A DNA stretch of 40,610 bases, from the IMG/VR virus record IMGVR_UViG_3300046785_000038, positions 1 through 40,610 of that record. One strand, 5' to 3'. Numbering within the stretch: position 1 is the stretch's first letter; each line of letters begins with the position of its first letter. Below are positions 18,249-28,100 of this stretch, one piece after another. The notes under the pieces are model-generated. The model saw nothing but the letters and a program-made list of their open reading frames with translations. It made no database searches and was not told the origin of the DNA. The stretch comes from a virus. Its lineage: Duplodnaviria; Caudoviricetes. Made by a program: the position numbers and the translations under genes.

Positions 18249-19156
18249 TGGCAACGTACACCACGCGGATTAGACTATCAAAACAGGCGACCGGCGAGAA
18301 CGACTCGACATGGGGTACTGTCCTGAATGGTGAGGTTATTGATCTCACTGACTTTGCCATTGCCGGGTACACCACGATTAGCCTTGCTGCTGGTGATGTC
18401 AGCCTGACAGCCAATGACGGCGCTGCTGACGAAGCCCGATCAGCCATTATTGAAATGAACGGGACGCTGACAGCCAATACCGACATGTATCTCCCGTCGG
18501 GTATCAGCAAAAGCTACATCGTTAAGAACAGCACATCTGGCTCATACAATGCGACGGTTCTGATCAACGGCGGCACCGGGACGGTAATTCCGCAGGGTGG
18601 TACAAAGATTATCTTTACAGATGGTGTGACCGTTACTGACGCAACCGATTCTACTGGCTTGGGACTTGGTACGGCATCGACGCTTGACTTTGGCACCGGA
18701 GCCGCCAATCTAATTCCGGTGTCGTCTGCTGACGCCCGGTATGCCAACGTGTCTTCGGACGAGACAATCACCGGAAACTACACGTTCTCCTCGTCAACAA
18801 CATTTACCGCGCAGGTCATCGGAACAGGGGCACAGGCATTCTCCAGCCCCGTGTCGGTTGCCGTAGCATCCTCGGCGGTATCGCTAGACTTTGCCACCGG
18901 CAACAACTTTACGACAATCCTAAACGGTAACGTGTCTATCGCCAATCCATCTAATCTACAGCCCGGTCAGTCCGGCATTATCTATGTCGTACAGGACGGC
19001 ACCGGCTCTCGGACGATGTCATTTAATTCAAACTGGAAATTTGAAGGAGGTAATGCCCCCACTCTCTCTACCGGTGCTTCGGACGTCGATGCCCTGATCT
19101 ATAACGTCAGAACGTCTACAGCAATCAGCACCTTCCCAATCTTGAATATCGTCTAA
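18248..19156 (+). CDS. tail fibre/tail protein
   Basis: ATGENDSTWG, DEARSA, KSYIVKNST, and C-terminal DFATGNNF...PGQSGIIYVVQDGTGSRT...WKFEGG...PTLSTGA. Confidence 0.7.
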   Translation: MATYTTRIRLSKQATGENDSTWGTVLNGEVIDLTDFAIAGYTTISLAAGDVSLTANDGAADEARSAIIEMNGTLTANTDMYLPSGISKSYIVKNSTSGSYNATVLINGGTGTVIPQGGTKIIFTDGVTVTDATDSTGLGLGTASTLDFGTGAANLIPVSSADARYANVSSDETITGNYTFSSSTTFTAQVIGTGAQAFSSPVSVAVASSAVSLDFATGNNFTTILNGNVSIANPSNLQPGQSGIIYVVQDGTGSRTMSFNSNWKFEGGNAPTLSTGASDVDALIYNVRTSTAISTFPILNIV

Positions 19157-19158
19157 TT

Positions 19159-20961
19159 ATGGCAGGAGTTCTCTCAGAACTTAACTTCGCCAGACCCGGC
19201 TTTAATCGGGAGAACACTCGATATGCCGAGAAGGGGCACTGGTACGACGGTGATCATGTCAGGTTCCGTGACGGTACGCCGCAGAACATTCGCGGCTATG
19301 AGCGGCGTGGCGATGTTTTCGACGGCACACCCCGAGACACGGTAACGTGGGTAGACTTTGATTCGTCCCGGCTGATCGGCTTCGGTACTGAGAAGAAACT
19401 GTATCTGTACGAGGGCGGTGAAAACTACGACATCACCCCGATTGTATCTGTCGTCACCGCCACGAACGGTCTGAACACCACGGCAGGGTCTACCCGGATT
19501 GTCGTGTCCGTGACTGGCATCGGGGTTGAGGACGGCAACTACGTCGCCTTTACATCGCAGACGACAACGGTTGGTGGCAACATCTTCCTGACGACAATCA
19601 GCGATTCGTACGAGGTGTCGGTTATTAACGCCGCATCGTTTGCCGTTGATATCTCCGTAACCGCAGCAGCAACGTCTGCATCTGCTGGTGGAGACGTTAC
19701 AATCCATCGTCTGCTTCCAGCTGGTCCGTCTGTGTCTCAGCCGGGATTTGGCTGGTCAGCGGGTACGTACGGACTGTCTACCTACGGCACACCGCGAACA
19801 ACATCCAACATTACCGTGGAGATTCGTCAGTGGTCAATGACCAACTGGGGCGAAGACTTTCTGGCAAATCCTCGCGGTGGGCGTATTTATGAGTGGGACG
19901 CAACAGGCGGGGCGGAAACTCGTGCAACTCTGGTAACTGCATCTCCGGCGCAGAACAACCAGATTCTGGTAACGCCGGACAGTCAGTTCGCCATCAGTCT
20001 GGGCTGTACGAACGAGGCTGGTAATTACGATCCTCTGCTAGTTCGCTGGTCTAGTCAGGAGAACTACAACGACTGGACAGCTTCTGCTACTAACACTGCT
20101 GGGTCTAATCCAATTGGGACTGGGTCAAAGATTATCGGTGGAATGCACAGCCGTCAGGCCGTCATGATCTGGACCGACACAGCTACTCATACGATGCAGT
20201 ACGTAGGTGGTCCCTTTGTCTTCCGCTTCCGGCACATCGGCGACAATACAGGACTTATTGCCCCACACGCCGCAGCAGAGTTTAACGGCATTCCATTCTG
20301 GATGGGCGATACGAACTTCTTCGTCTGGCAGGGCGGTGCCGTTCAGACACTGGACTGTACTGTCCGCCGTTATATTTTTGATGACCTCAACTGGGATCAG
20401 CGAGACAAAATCTTTGCCGGGGTAAACTCGGAGTTCAACGAGATTACGTGGCTGTATCCATCTGTAAACTCTCTGGAGTGCGACAGGTACGTCAGCTACA
20501 ACCCGCTGGAAAACTACTGGGTATACGGCACTGGCAAGTTCACTACATGGGCGGATACCGGCATCTTTGATAACGTCATCACAGGCGGATCAGACAGCTA
20601 TCTGTACGACAACGAACCGACTGGTGTCTATACAGCAGATGGGGAACTGCTGTCCTCCTTTATCGAATCAGCCTCTTTTGAAATTGATTCGGGCAATCAG
20701 ATTATGATGATCCGCCGACTTATTCCTGATGTATCCATCTCTGATCCGGGACAGGTAAAGTTCACCATGAAAACAAAGCGGTATCCACAGGCCTCGGAAG
20801 AGACGATTAAGGGTCCGTTTATAATTCAGCCGAATACTGAGAAGGTAGACTTCCGTGCCCGTGGTCGTCAGGCCAGTATTAAGATTGACTGCTCTACTAC
20901 AGGTGTGGCGTGGAAGTACGGGTCTATGCGTCTTCAGATACAACCTGATGGGAGTCGCTGA
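19159..20961 (+). CDS. tail nozzle / DNA-stabilisation protein (P22 gp10-like)
   Basis: 600 aa. WYDGDHVRFRDG, WSMTNWGED, VRWSSQE, MQYVGGP, FNEITWLYPS and RARGRQ. Precedes the ejection genes. Confidence 0.75.
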   Translation: MAGVLSELNFARPGFNRENTRYAEKGHWYDGDHVRFRDGTPQNIRGYERRGDVFDGTPRDTVTWVDFDSSRLIGFGTEKKLYLYEGGENYDITPIVSVVTATNGLNTTAGSTRIVVSVTGIGVEDGNYVAFTSQTTTVGGNIFLTTISDSYEVSVINAASFAVDISVTAAATSASAGGDVTIHRLLPAGPSVSQPGFGWSAGTYGLSTYGTPRTTSNITVEIRQWSMTNWGEDFLANPRGGRIYEWDATGGAETRATLVTASPAQNNQILVTPDSQFAISLGCTNEAGNYDPLLVRWSSQENYNDWTASATNTAGSNPIGTGSKIIGGMHSRQAVMIWTDTATHTMQYVGGPFVFRFRHIGDNTGLIAPHAAAEFNGIPFWMGDTNFFVWQGGAVQTLDCTVRRYIFDDLNWDQRDKIFAGVNSEFNEITWLYPSVNSLECDRYVSYNPLENYWVYGTGKFTTWADTGIFDNVITGGSDSYLYDNEPTGVYTADGELLSSFIESASFEIDSGNQIMMIRRLIPDVSISDPGQVKFTMKTKRYPQASEETIKGPFIIQPNTEKVDFRARGRQASIKIDCSTTGVAWKYGSMRLQIQPDGSR

Positions 20962-21239
20962 TGGCTACTGTCTACCCGGAACTGTTCTCCCACTTCAATC
21001 AATTTACCGAACCGCAGATCATCGAACTGCACCGGATACTCACCGACTATGTCAGCCAGTTGTCGCTCACCCTGCAACAGCGTGACGATGAGGTAGACTC
21101 GACACCGTCAGACACAGTCCTCCCGGTAAACGACACAGCCAATGTCCAGTCGCCTCCAGAGGGAGCAATTCGGTACAACAGGGCCACATCCAAGTTTCAG
21201 GGATATATCTCTGGTACTGGTTGGGTAGACTTCCACTAG
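20961..21239 (+). CDS. small structural protein
   Basis: TGATG coupling. GAIRYNRATSKFQGY motif seen in fibre proteins. Confidence 0.6.
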   Translation: MATVYPELFSHFNQFTEPQIIELHRILTDYVSQLSLTLQQRDDEVDSTPSDTVLPVNDTANVQSPPEGAIRYNRATSKFQGYISGTGWVDFH

Positions 21240-21254
21240 CGGATATAATCAGGT

Positions 21255-23021
21255 ATGTCATATTATCAGGAAAACCGACCGACCATGGGTGGTCTTGCAG
21301 ATGCTCTGGCAATGCAGGGTCGGCGCGGTGACTCTACTCTTGTCCATATGAACCCGATGGAGGTTCGTATGTTGGAGACCATGTCCCCGGATGGTCGTCT
21401 GTCGATCAACCCTGAGACTGGTCTGCCCGAGGCGTTTAAGCTGAAAGACATTCTTGGTTTAGCCCTACCAATTGCCGGGGGTGCCTTGCTCGGACCTGCC
21501 ATTGCTCCGGGCCTGATCGGTACTGCTATTGGTACGGGTCTCGGTGGAGTAGGGGCTGGACTTATTCAGGGCAAAGGCGTAGGTGACTCACTAATTCAGG
21601 GCGGTCTGTCAGGTCTTATGTCGTACGGTCTCGGCTCGTTGTCTAGTGCTTTTGCCCCATCTGGTGGGGTAACTGCCGGACCTCCTTCAGGACCAGATGT
21701 GTTTGGAGAAGCAACGGCATCTCCTTTCGGTATTGGAGCGGCTCAAGAAGCTGGAACGCTTACAACTGTAGGTGGACCAGAATCTACCGGATTCTTCGGT
21801 GGTCTTGGAGAGACACTGAAACAGACCCCATTCACCGACGTACCGTCTGTAGGTTCCCCGACATATGGAAGTATGCTCGGCTCCGGTGCGTCCGGTCTGT
21901 TGTCTTCTTCTCTCCTTGCCCCAGAAGAAATGCCGTACGACATTGCCGGTATGGACGACATGGACGCTTACTATGCTGGTCGTATTCCTGATCTTGAAGC
22001 TGGGCGTCGTCGCGGCAGGGCCGCTGCTCGTCAGCTTCAGTCGCCGCCGTCGTTCCTGACCAGCGGTGGTCTGTACGAACGGGCAATAAGTCCGGGAGGC
22101 GGCGGTACGTTCTTCGCTGCCGATGGCGGACAGGTGCCAAACCCGTACGGCGATCCATACGGCCCCGGTGATCCGTACGGCGGCATGGCAGATGAGACAG
22201 ATTTTGGACAACCATCTAGCACCGGACCCGGTATGTCTCTGGGCAGTTTCAATGAACCAGTAGCCGATCTTGGTTTGGGTAAGTTTAATCCTTCACCATT
22301 AAGTATCGGTCTTGGATTAGTAGGACTTGCAATGGGTGTACCGGCGTTAGGTTTAGCTTCTTCAATGATGGGAACACCAAACGTAAACGCTCTTGGACAG
22401 ACTCAAGTATCTGGTGTTGGCAACACAACTGTAGATTCATTTGGAAATGTTGTCGGAACAACCCAAGCTGATATTGCATCTATGTCTGCTGCTCCTGCAA
22501 CTTCGGGTGTAACTCCGGGCCTACAAGACCCAATGGGTGTATTTGGAGATTTTACATCTACAGGACAAGGTTTAGCTAACCAACAAGCGGTTGCAGATTT
22601 TGCAGCGGCCCACGGGGAAGAAGTAGGGGCTGCAAGTGAGGCTCCGGGTGCAGAAATGGGTGGTCAAGAATTTGCACAGGGCGGCGGTATCTCGTCTCTG
22701 GCCTATGGCGGTGAGGCTGCACCGGTCGGCTTTGCTAATAAGGCATTTGAGGGCATGGTCCCCGGCACCGGTACAGGTATGTCGGACGATGTCCCGTTCT
22801 CCATTGAGGGCAACCAACCAGCCCTCCTGTCACGTGACGAGTACGTGCTACCCGCAGATGTCGTATCGCAGCTAGGCGACGGATCGTCCGGTGCCGGTGC
22901 CGACATGCTCGACAGTTTCGTTTCAAATGTCCGTCAGACCAAGTATGGTAATACGCAGCAACCGGCACCGGTCGGTCCGCAGCTTATGACAGGTTTGATG
23001 AGGCAGGGTGGAACTGTATAA
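21255..23021 (+). CDS. internal virion/ejection protein
   Basis: GRRGDSTLVHM...INPETGLPEAF, Gly-rich hydrophobic segments, and C-terminal GTGTGMSDDVP...LSRDEYVLPADVVSQLGDGSS. Confidence 0.7.
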   Translation: MSYYQENRPTMGGLADALAMQGRRGDSTLVHMNPMEVRMLETMSPDGRLSINPETGLPEAFKLKDILGLALPIAGGALLGPAIAPGLIGTAIGTGLGGVGAGLIQGKGVGDSLIQGGLSGLMSYGLGSLSSAFAPSGGVTAGPPSGPDVFGEATASPFGIGAAQEAGTLTTVGGPESTGFFGGLGETLKQTPFTDVPSVGSPTYGSMLGSGASGLLSSSLLAPEEMPYDIAGMDDMDAYYAGRIPDLEAGRRRGRAAARQLQSPPSFLTSGGLYERAISPGGGGTFFAADGGQVPNPYGDPYGPGDPYGGMADETDFGQPSSTGPGMSLGSFNEPVADLGLGKFNPSPLSIGLGLVGLAMGVPALGLASSMMGTPNVNALGQTQVSGVGNTTVDSFGNVVGTTQADIASMSAAPATSGVTPGLQDPMGVFGDFTSTGQGLANQQAVADFAAAHGEEVGAASEAPGAEMGGQEFAQGGGISSLAYGGEAAPVGFANKAFEGMVPGTGTGMSDDVPFSIEGNQPALLSRDEYVLPADVVSQLGDGSSGAGADMLDSFVSNVRQTKYGNTQQPAPVGPQLMTGLMRQGGTV

Positions 23022-23385
23022 TCCAGTAGGCGTAGAGTTTTGGCTTGTCGCGGAGCCGCTTCTGTTAGATGCCATCAGGCGGGATAATACCCATACACCT
23101 GAAAGCGTATATCAGTTGTTGAAAAACAATCAGGCGGACCTTTGGTTACACGATAGCCATAAAACTGCCGGTGTAACATTTTGGCTTCCTGCTGTCGATG
23201 GTCCTATTCTTCATGTATGGCTTGGCGGGGGACGCCTCAAAGAATTAGAGGAGATGCTGCCGTCAGTAGAAGAGTGGGGCCGACAACACGGAGCGGCCCG
23301 TCTTATGCTTACAGGACGTTCCGGGTGGGAGAAAGTTCTTCCCGGATTTAAACGTCAGGCAGTGTTAATGACAAAGGAACTTTGA
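23008..23385 (+). CDS. GNAT-like protein
   Basis: LHVWLGGG...EEWGRQHGA...GRSGWEKVL. Sits among ejection genes as in P22/T7-like podoviruses. Confidence 0.6.
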   Translation: MELYNPVGVEFWLVAEPLLLDAIRRDNTHTPESVYQLLKNNQADLWLHDSHKTAGVTFWLPAVDGPILHVWLGGGRLKELEEMLPSVEEWGRQHGAARLMLTGRSGWEKVLPGFKRQAVLMTKEL

Positions 23386-23386
23386 T

Positions 23387-25192
23387 ATGAGTTTGGGAAA
23401 ATCTTCACCGCCGCCGCCGCCGCCGACGCAGACGACCACCCGTCAGGTTCCTGAGTATGCCCCGGAACAGCGCGAATATGTTTCCGACATCTTCGGCAAG
23501 GCGCAGGAACTTTATGAGCAGCGATCTGCCGAGGGTTTTCAGCCGTTTCCCGGTGCCCAGTTGGCCCCTTTCGCCGCGCAGGAAGAAGAAGCCTTTCGTG
23601 GTATCGAGTCACTTGCCCGTGGTCCGGGTGCCGCCCCTGCATTTGAAGTTGCCCGTACAGCCGCCCTTGGTGCTGCCGCCCCGGTAACTGCCGCTGAAAT
23701 CCAGCAGGGTATGAACCCGTATCAACAGGCAGTGACTGACATCGCCAAGCGTGAGGCCGTCCGTCAGTATCAGCGTGGCCCACAGGCACAACTCAGAAGC
23801 GGTGCGGTAGAGGCGGGTGGTCTTCGCGGTGCCCGTCGATTCATCGAGGAGGCCGAGGGTCAGCGCAACCTACAGCAGCAGTTGTCCGACATCCAGATGA
23901 TGGGCGGACAACAGGCCTATCAACAGGCGATGGCAGAGGCAGCGGCGGCTCGTGGTCGTCTGGCAAACCTTGCCACGCAGATGCCGTCCATCGGTACTGG
24001 TGCGTACCAGCAGCGGATGGCACAGCTTGGTCAGCTTGGTGGTGTCGGTGAGGCGCAACGTGCCCGTGAACAAGCCGCCATTGATCTGGCACAGGGCCAG
24101 TTTCAGCAGGAACTCATGTTCCCCGAGGAGACACTGGCTACATATCTCCGGTTCATCACCAACGCACCGTCACCGTCCGGTTTCCAGCAGACGAAACAGA
24201 CTCCGACTGTTCCGGGTCCGTCCTCGCTACAGCAGTTAGCTGGTCTTGGCATCAGCGGCGCAGCGGCAGGGAAGGCGTTCAACCTGTTCAATCGGGGCGG
24301 TGCCGTGGGTCGTCAGGCCGGACTGTCGGGTGTTGTCCGCAGGGCCGGGGGCGGTCAGATTGTCCGTTTGCAGACGGGTTCTATTGGAAATACTGGTGAT
24401 TATGGAGGTTATTTTGGTGACTTTGAAAAATATTATTCAGGCTTGAATGGCGTCCAAGACATTATAAATGCTTTCACTCCTTCGACAACTCCAGTCGGAG
24501 GTGATTCTGGTTATAATAGAGTTTCAGTTGATAATTTATTCCAATCGGATGATCCCAACATGGAACTTGTTGCGGGTCTTAGTAAGGAAGAAATTAAGGC
24601 TTTAACAAAACCGACCCCAATACCGGCTCCGGCTCCGGAACCAAAGCCTGAACCAGAAACGATCCGAGAAGACGTCGATCAAAGCATTGACAATCTAAAT
24701 CGTCGGTCAGGCGATGTCGGAGACAAGCCGCGTCTGGACGATGCAGCATATCTTGACATTGCCGCCGCAGCCCTGAAGGGTGCGTACGAACCCGGAACGA
24801 TTGGTCGTGAGACAGGCTTTGTCGAATCGCTCGGCAAAGTCTTGTCCCCGGCTGCGTCTGCCGCTGCTGCCGGAATGCGCGAATCTAGGAAGACACAGCG
24901 CGAAGAAGAGGCACTGGAAATGGCCCGAAGCAAAGAGGATCGTGAAGCTACATCCGCAAGGGTTATTGACGCGCTTCGGAAACAGCAGACTGAAACGGAA
25001 CGTCTCAAGCCGGGTACTGAGAAAGCTGCTGCCAGAGCAAAATCTCTTCAGGCAATTGCCCAGCTTGTCAGGCAAGGTGTACTTCTTCCAGAAGAAGCCA
25101 AGCCGTTTCTTGCGTCTTACTTGCCAACTACTTCGAGTGCTGGGGAGGGCAGTCAAAGCGGCCCTAATTCTCAACGTAAACCCGGTACCTAA
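23387..25192 (+). CDS. internal virion/ejection (DNA transfer) protein
   Basis: Pro-rich N-terminus, MNPYQQAV, GGLRGARR, Gln/Ala helices, and SSLQQLAGLG. Confidence 0.7.
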   Translation: MSLGKSSPPPPPPTQTTTRQVPEYAPEQREYVSDIFGKAQELYEQRSAEGFQPFPGAQLAPFAAQEEEAFRGIESLARGPGAAPAFEVARTAALGAAAPVTAAEIQQGMNPYQQAVTDIAKREAVRQYQRGPQAQLRSGAVEAGGLRGARRFIEEAEGQRNLQQQLSDIQMMGGQQAYQQAMAEAAAARGRLANLATQMPSIGTGAYQQRMAQLGQLGGVGEAQRAREQAAIDLAQGQFQQELMFPEETLATYLRFITNAPSPSGFQQTKQTPTVPGPSSLQQLAGLGISGAAAGKAFNLFNRGGAVGRQAGLSGVVRRAGGGQIVRLQTGSIGNTGDYGGYFGDFEKYYSGLNGVQDIINAFTPSTTPVGGDSGYNRVSVDNLFQSDDPNMELVAGLSKEEIKALTKPTPIPAPAPEPKPEPETIREDVDQSIDNLNRRSGDVGDKPRLDDAAYLDIAAAALKGAYEPGTIGRETGFVESLGKVLSPAASAAAAGMRESRKTQREEEALEMARSKEDREATSARVIDALRKQQTETERLKPGTEKAAARAKSLQAIAQLVRQGVLLPEEAKPFLASYLPTTSSAGEGSQSGPNSQRKPGT

Positions 25193-28100
25193 TGGCTACC
25201 TACGATCAGCTTATCAACGATGAGCAGTTCCTTGGTAATCTCTACAACGTCTACAAGGAACTTGACTACGACATCCCTGAGACCAATCAGGAGATGGTGG
25301 ACGACTTTCTGTCTCGCAGTCGTTACTTCGAGAACAACATTGTCGGTACGTTCGGTCTTTCATCAGATATAGATAAACTATCCGAAGAGGGTAAGTCCCA
25401 ATTTGGTGAGGTCTATCAGCAGGTTGAAGAACTTCCTACAATCTTTGAGGAAGGATCAGCCCCGGTCGGCAGGGCTATCGTCGATAATGCGATGTACGCC
25501 ATCACGGACCCGACAAACATCCTCGGCATTATCGGGGGTGTCTTCACGGGCGGGGCAGCTACTGCCGGTACACTAGCCGCCAAAGAAGCTGCCAAACGTA
25601 GTGCTACAAGTTTCCTGAAGAACCGTCTCAAGGCGACTGTATCTGCCCCTGTACTGAAGGCAGCTGGTGTCGATGCTGCCATCAGCGGTGCCGGTGGTGC
25701 TGCCCGAGAGGCCAAGATTCAAGAAACTGAGATTGATGTCGGCATCCGGGACGATTACGATCCCGGCACGATTGCCCTGACTGGACTGCTGGAGGGGCCG
25801 GGTTCTGTCGCTCTGGGCGGTGCCCTTGGTACAGGGGTAAAGGCAGGAGCCATCGGGACAGGAAATCTGACCCGTCTGGCCCGTGACAAGTTCGAACCTC
25901 TTGACCGTACTCTGCAACCAGCGGACAACTTGACCGAAAGAATGCGGACATTGCTTCTTCCCAACGGTGGTCTCAGCGAAGACGCCGTCCGAGTCTCTGA
26001 GATTGCCGAGGCACGGCAGAATGATCTACTCAAACGTGCTGCCAACATTGAGAAAGGTTTTAACAGAAACGCGGCGTATCAGAAGATTGTGGCTGAGAAC
26101 GACACGGACACGCTAAACCTGATCAACAGGGCAGCAGAGGGACGCACCAAGGAACTTAAAACTGTCCGTGATGATTATGGTGACGAACTCGCCAATCTTC
26201 TTGAAGACGGTCGTAAGATAATCCGGGAATCGCAGAACTATGCCAACGAAGTCGAGGGTCTCCGCCCCGGCATTAAATCTCTCTTCGACAGCACAGCCGA
26301 GGGCTTCAACCCGACCTATCTGCGTCGTACATACGATGCATTTGAACTGGGCAAACGTCGCTCAGTAACCTTCGATAAGTTCATCAAGCAAAATCCAGAC
26401 GCTGTCCTAGACCTGTATAAAACAATTCAGAAAGACGCATACGCACCAGACAATGTGAAGGTGGGATACGCCAGAGACTTTGGCTTTGACGATGCTGCGT
26501 TCCGTACTGCCGATCCTGACGATGCAGTGATGTCGCAGCTGCGCCGACGGGCACGTGATCTGTACGAGGGTCAGGTTGGTAAGTACGACTACGGCGGCAG
26601 TATCCTCAAGAAGCGACAAAAACTTGAACCTACAGTGGAACGGTTCCTCGGTAAAGAAAACGCCAAAGTAGGTACCCGAATATTCCGATCTGTCGAGGGC
26701 ATTGTCGAGCCTATCACACAGATTCACCGAGCCAATGAAATTGGTCGTGTGCTGGAGGCCGACAATCTGTCCGTCTACGCAAAGAATGCCGGTGAGGCAC
26801 AGACAAAGTTCCGTGACAAGACAGGTCAGCTGCTGGACGCTGACGATTTGGTCCCCATCTCCAGTAGCAAAGTCCTCCCGATGAAGCGTGGGATGCGATC
26901 CGAAGACTTTTCTTTCTATGTACCCAAGACACTAGGCGACCGAATTAACAAGGTTGTCGCCAACCCTGCCGCCCGGTTCTCTGCCGAAGAGGGACCGCTT
27001 CGGATGATTAACAATATGCTGGAGGCAACGTCGTTCCTTCAGGGTGCAATTAAGCTGGGGAAGACCGGCTACAATCCTGTCGGTCACATTCGCAACATCG
27101 GTGGTATGGGAATGTCGGTGTTTGGCAGTGGTAACTACCGAGGTGCTGCTGACTATCTAAAACGTCGCAGCACAGGCACCGAGGAGGAACGAAAGCAGTT
27201 CAGACAACTGATGACCGACCTCGGTATCAGCGACACAGGCGTTACATTCCGACAGATTATGAATCGTCTTGGTCCCGAGTTTGAACGGGGGACGATGAAC
27301 ACTAACTCTATCCGCAAAATTGCCGAGAACGTTCTCAAGGCTGGTAAGGTAGGTGACGCTGCCCGTCGTGCCTATCAGGCCACGGACGAATTCGGTAAAT
27401 TTATGGCTTTTGCCGGGGAACGGCAGAAGGTGGAAGACATCTGGAAAGCGTCAGACGATGCCTATAAGGATGTTCTCCGGGATCAGGTACGACAGAAGTT
27501 TACCCGACAGGTCCGTGATGGGGACGGCAACATCGTAGAGCAACGTACAGTCGGCATGACGGACGATGCAGTTCTGGACGAACTTGCAGCCCGGAAGGCA
27601 CTGAATGTTATGCCGACATACAGTCGTGTCCCCGTCTTTACAGAGTATTTTCGAGGTGTTCCGGTAATCGGTAACTTTATGGCCTTCCAAGCCGAGGTTT
27701 TCCGCAATGCCTACAACATTATGAAGATGGGCCATCAGGAGATGGTCGATGGATTTAACGTGGGTAACGACGCACTGGTCAGGTCCGGGGCACAGCGCCT
27801 TGCCACTCTGGCCTCACTCAATGCCGGTCTTGTCGGCGGTGCCTACGCATGGAACGAACTGAACGGGTATGATGAAATTGCCTCGTCTCTGAAAGACTAC
27901 CTGTCGTTCGACAAATACAACCCGATTGTGATCACCGGGATCGAGGAAGACGAAGACGGGAAACGTACCATCACCTACCGTGATCTGGGCTATATCAACC
28001 CGTTCAACCCAATCAGTCAGATTGCGAACCGGGTCATGGCTGCTGCTGCATCAGGAAAACCGATAGAAGATGCCCTTGCTGAGACGATGCCCGGTGCTAT

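Noticed and set aside
13285-19156. Diversity-generating retroelement acting on fibres
   Set aside because: No reverse transcriptase and no TR/VR pair with adenine-specific differences seen in the window.
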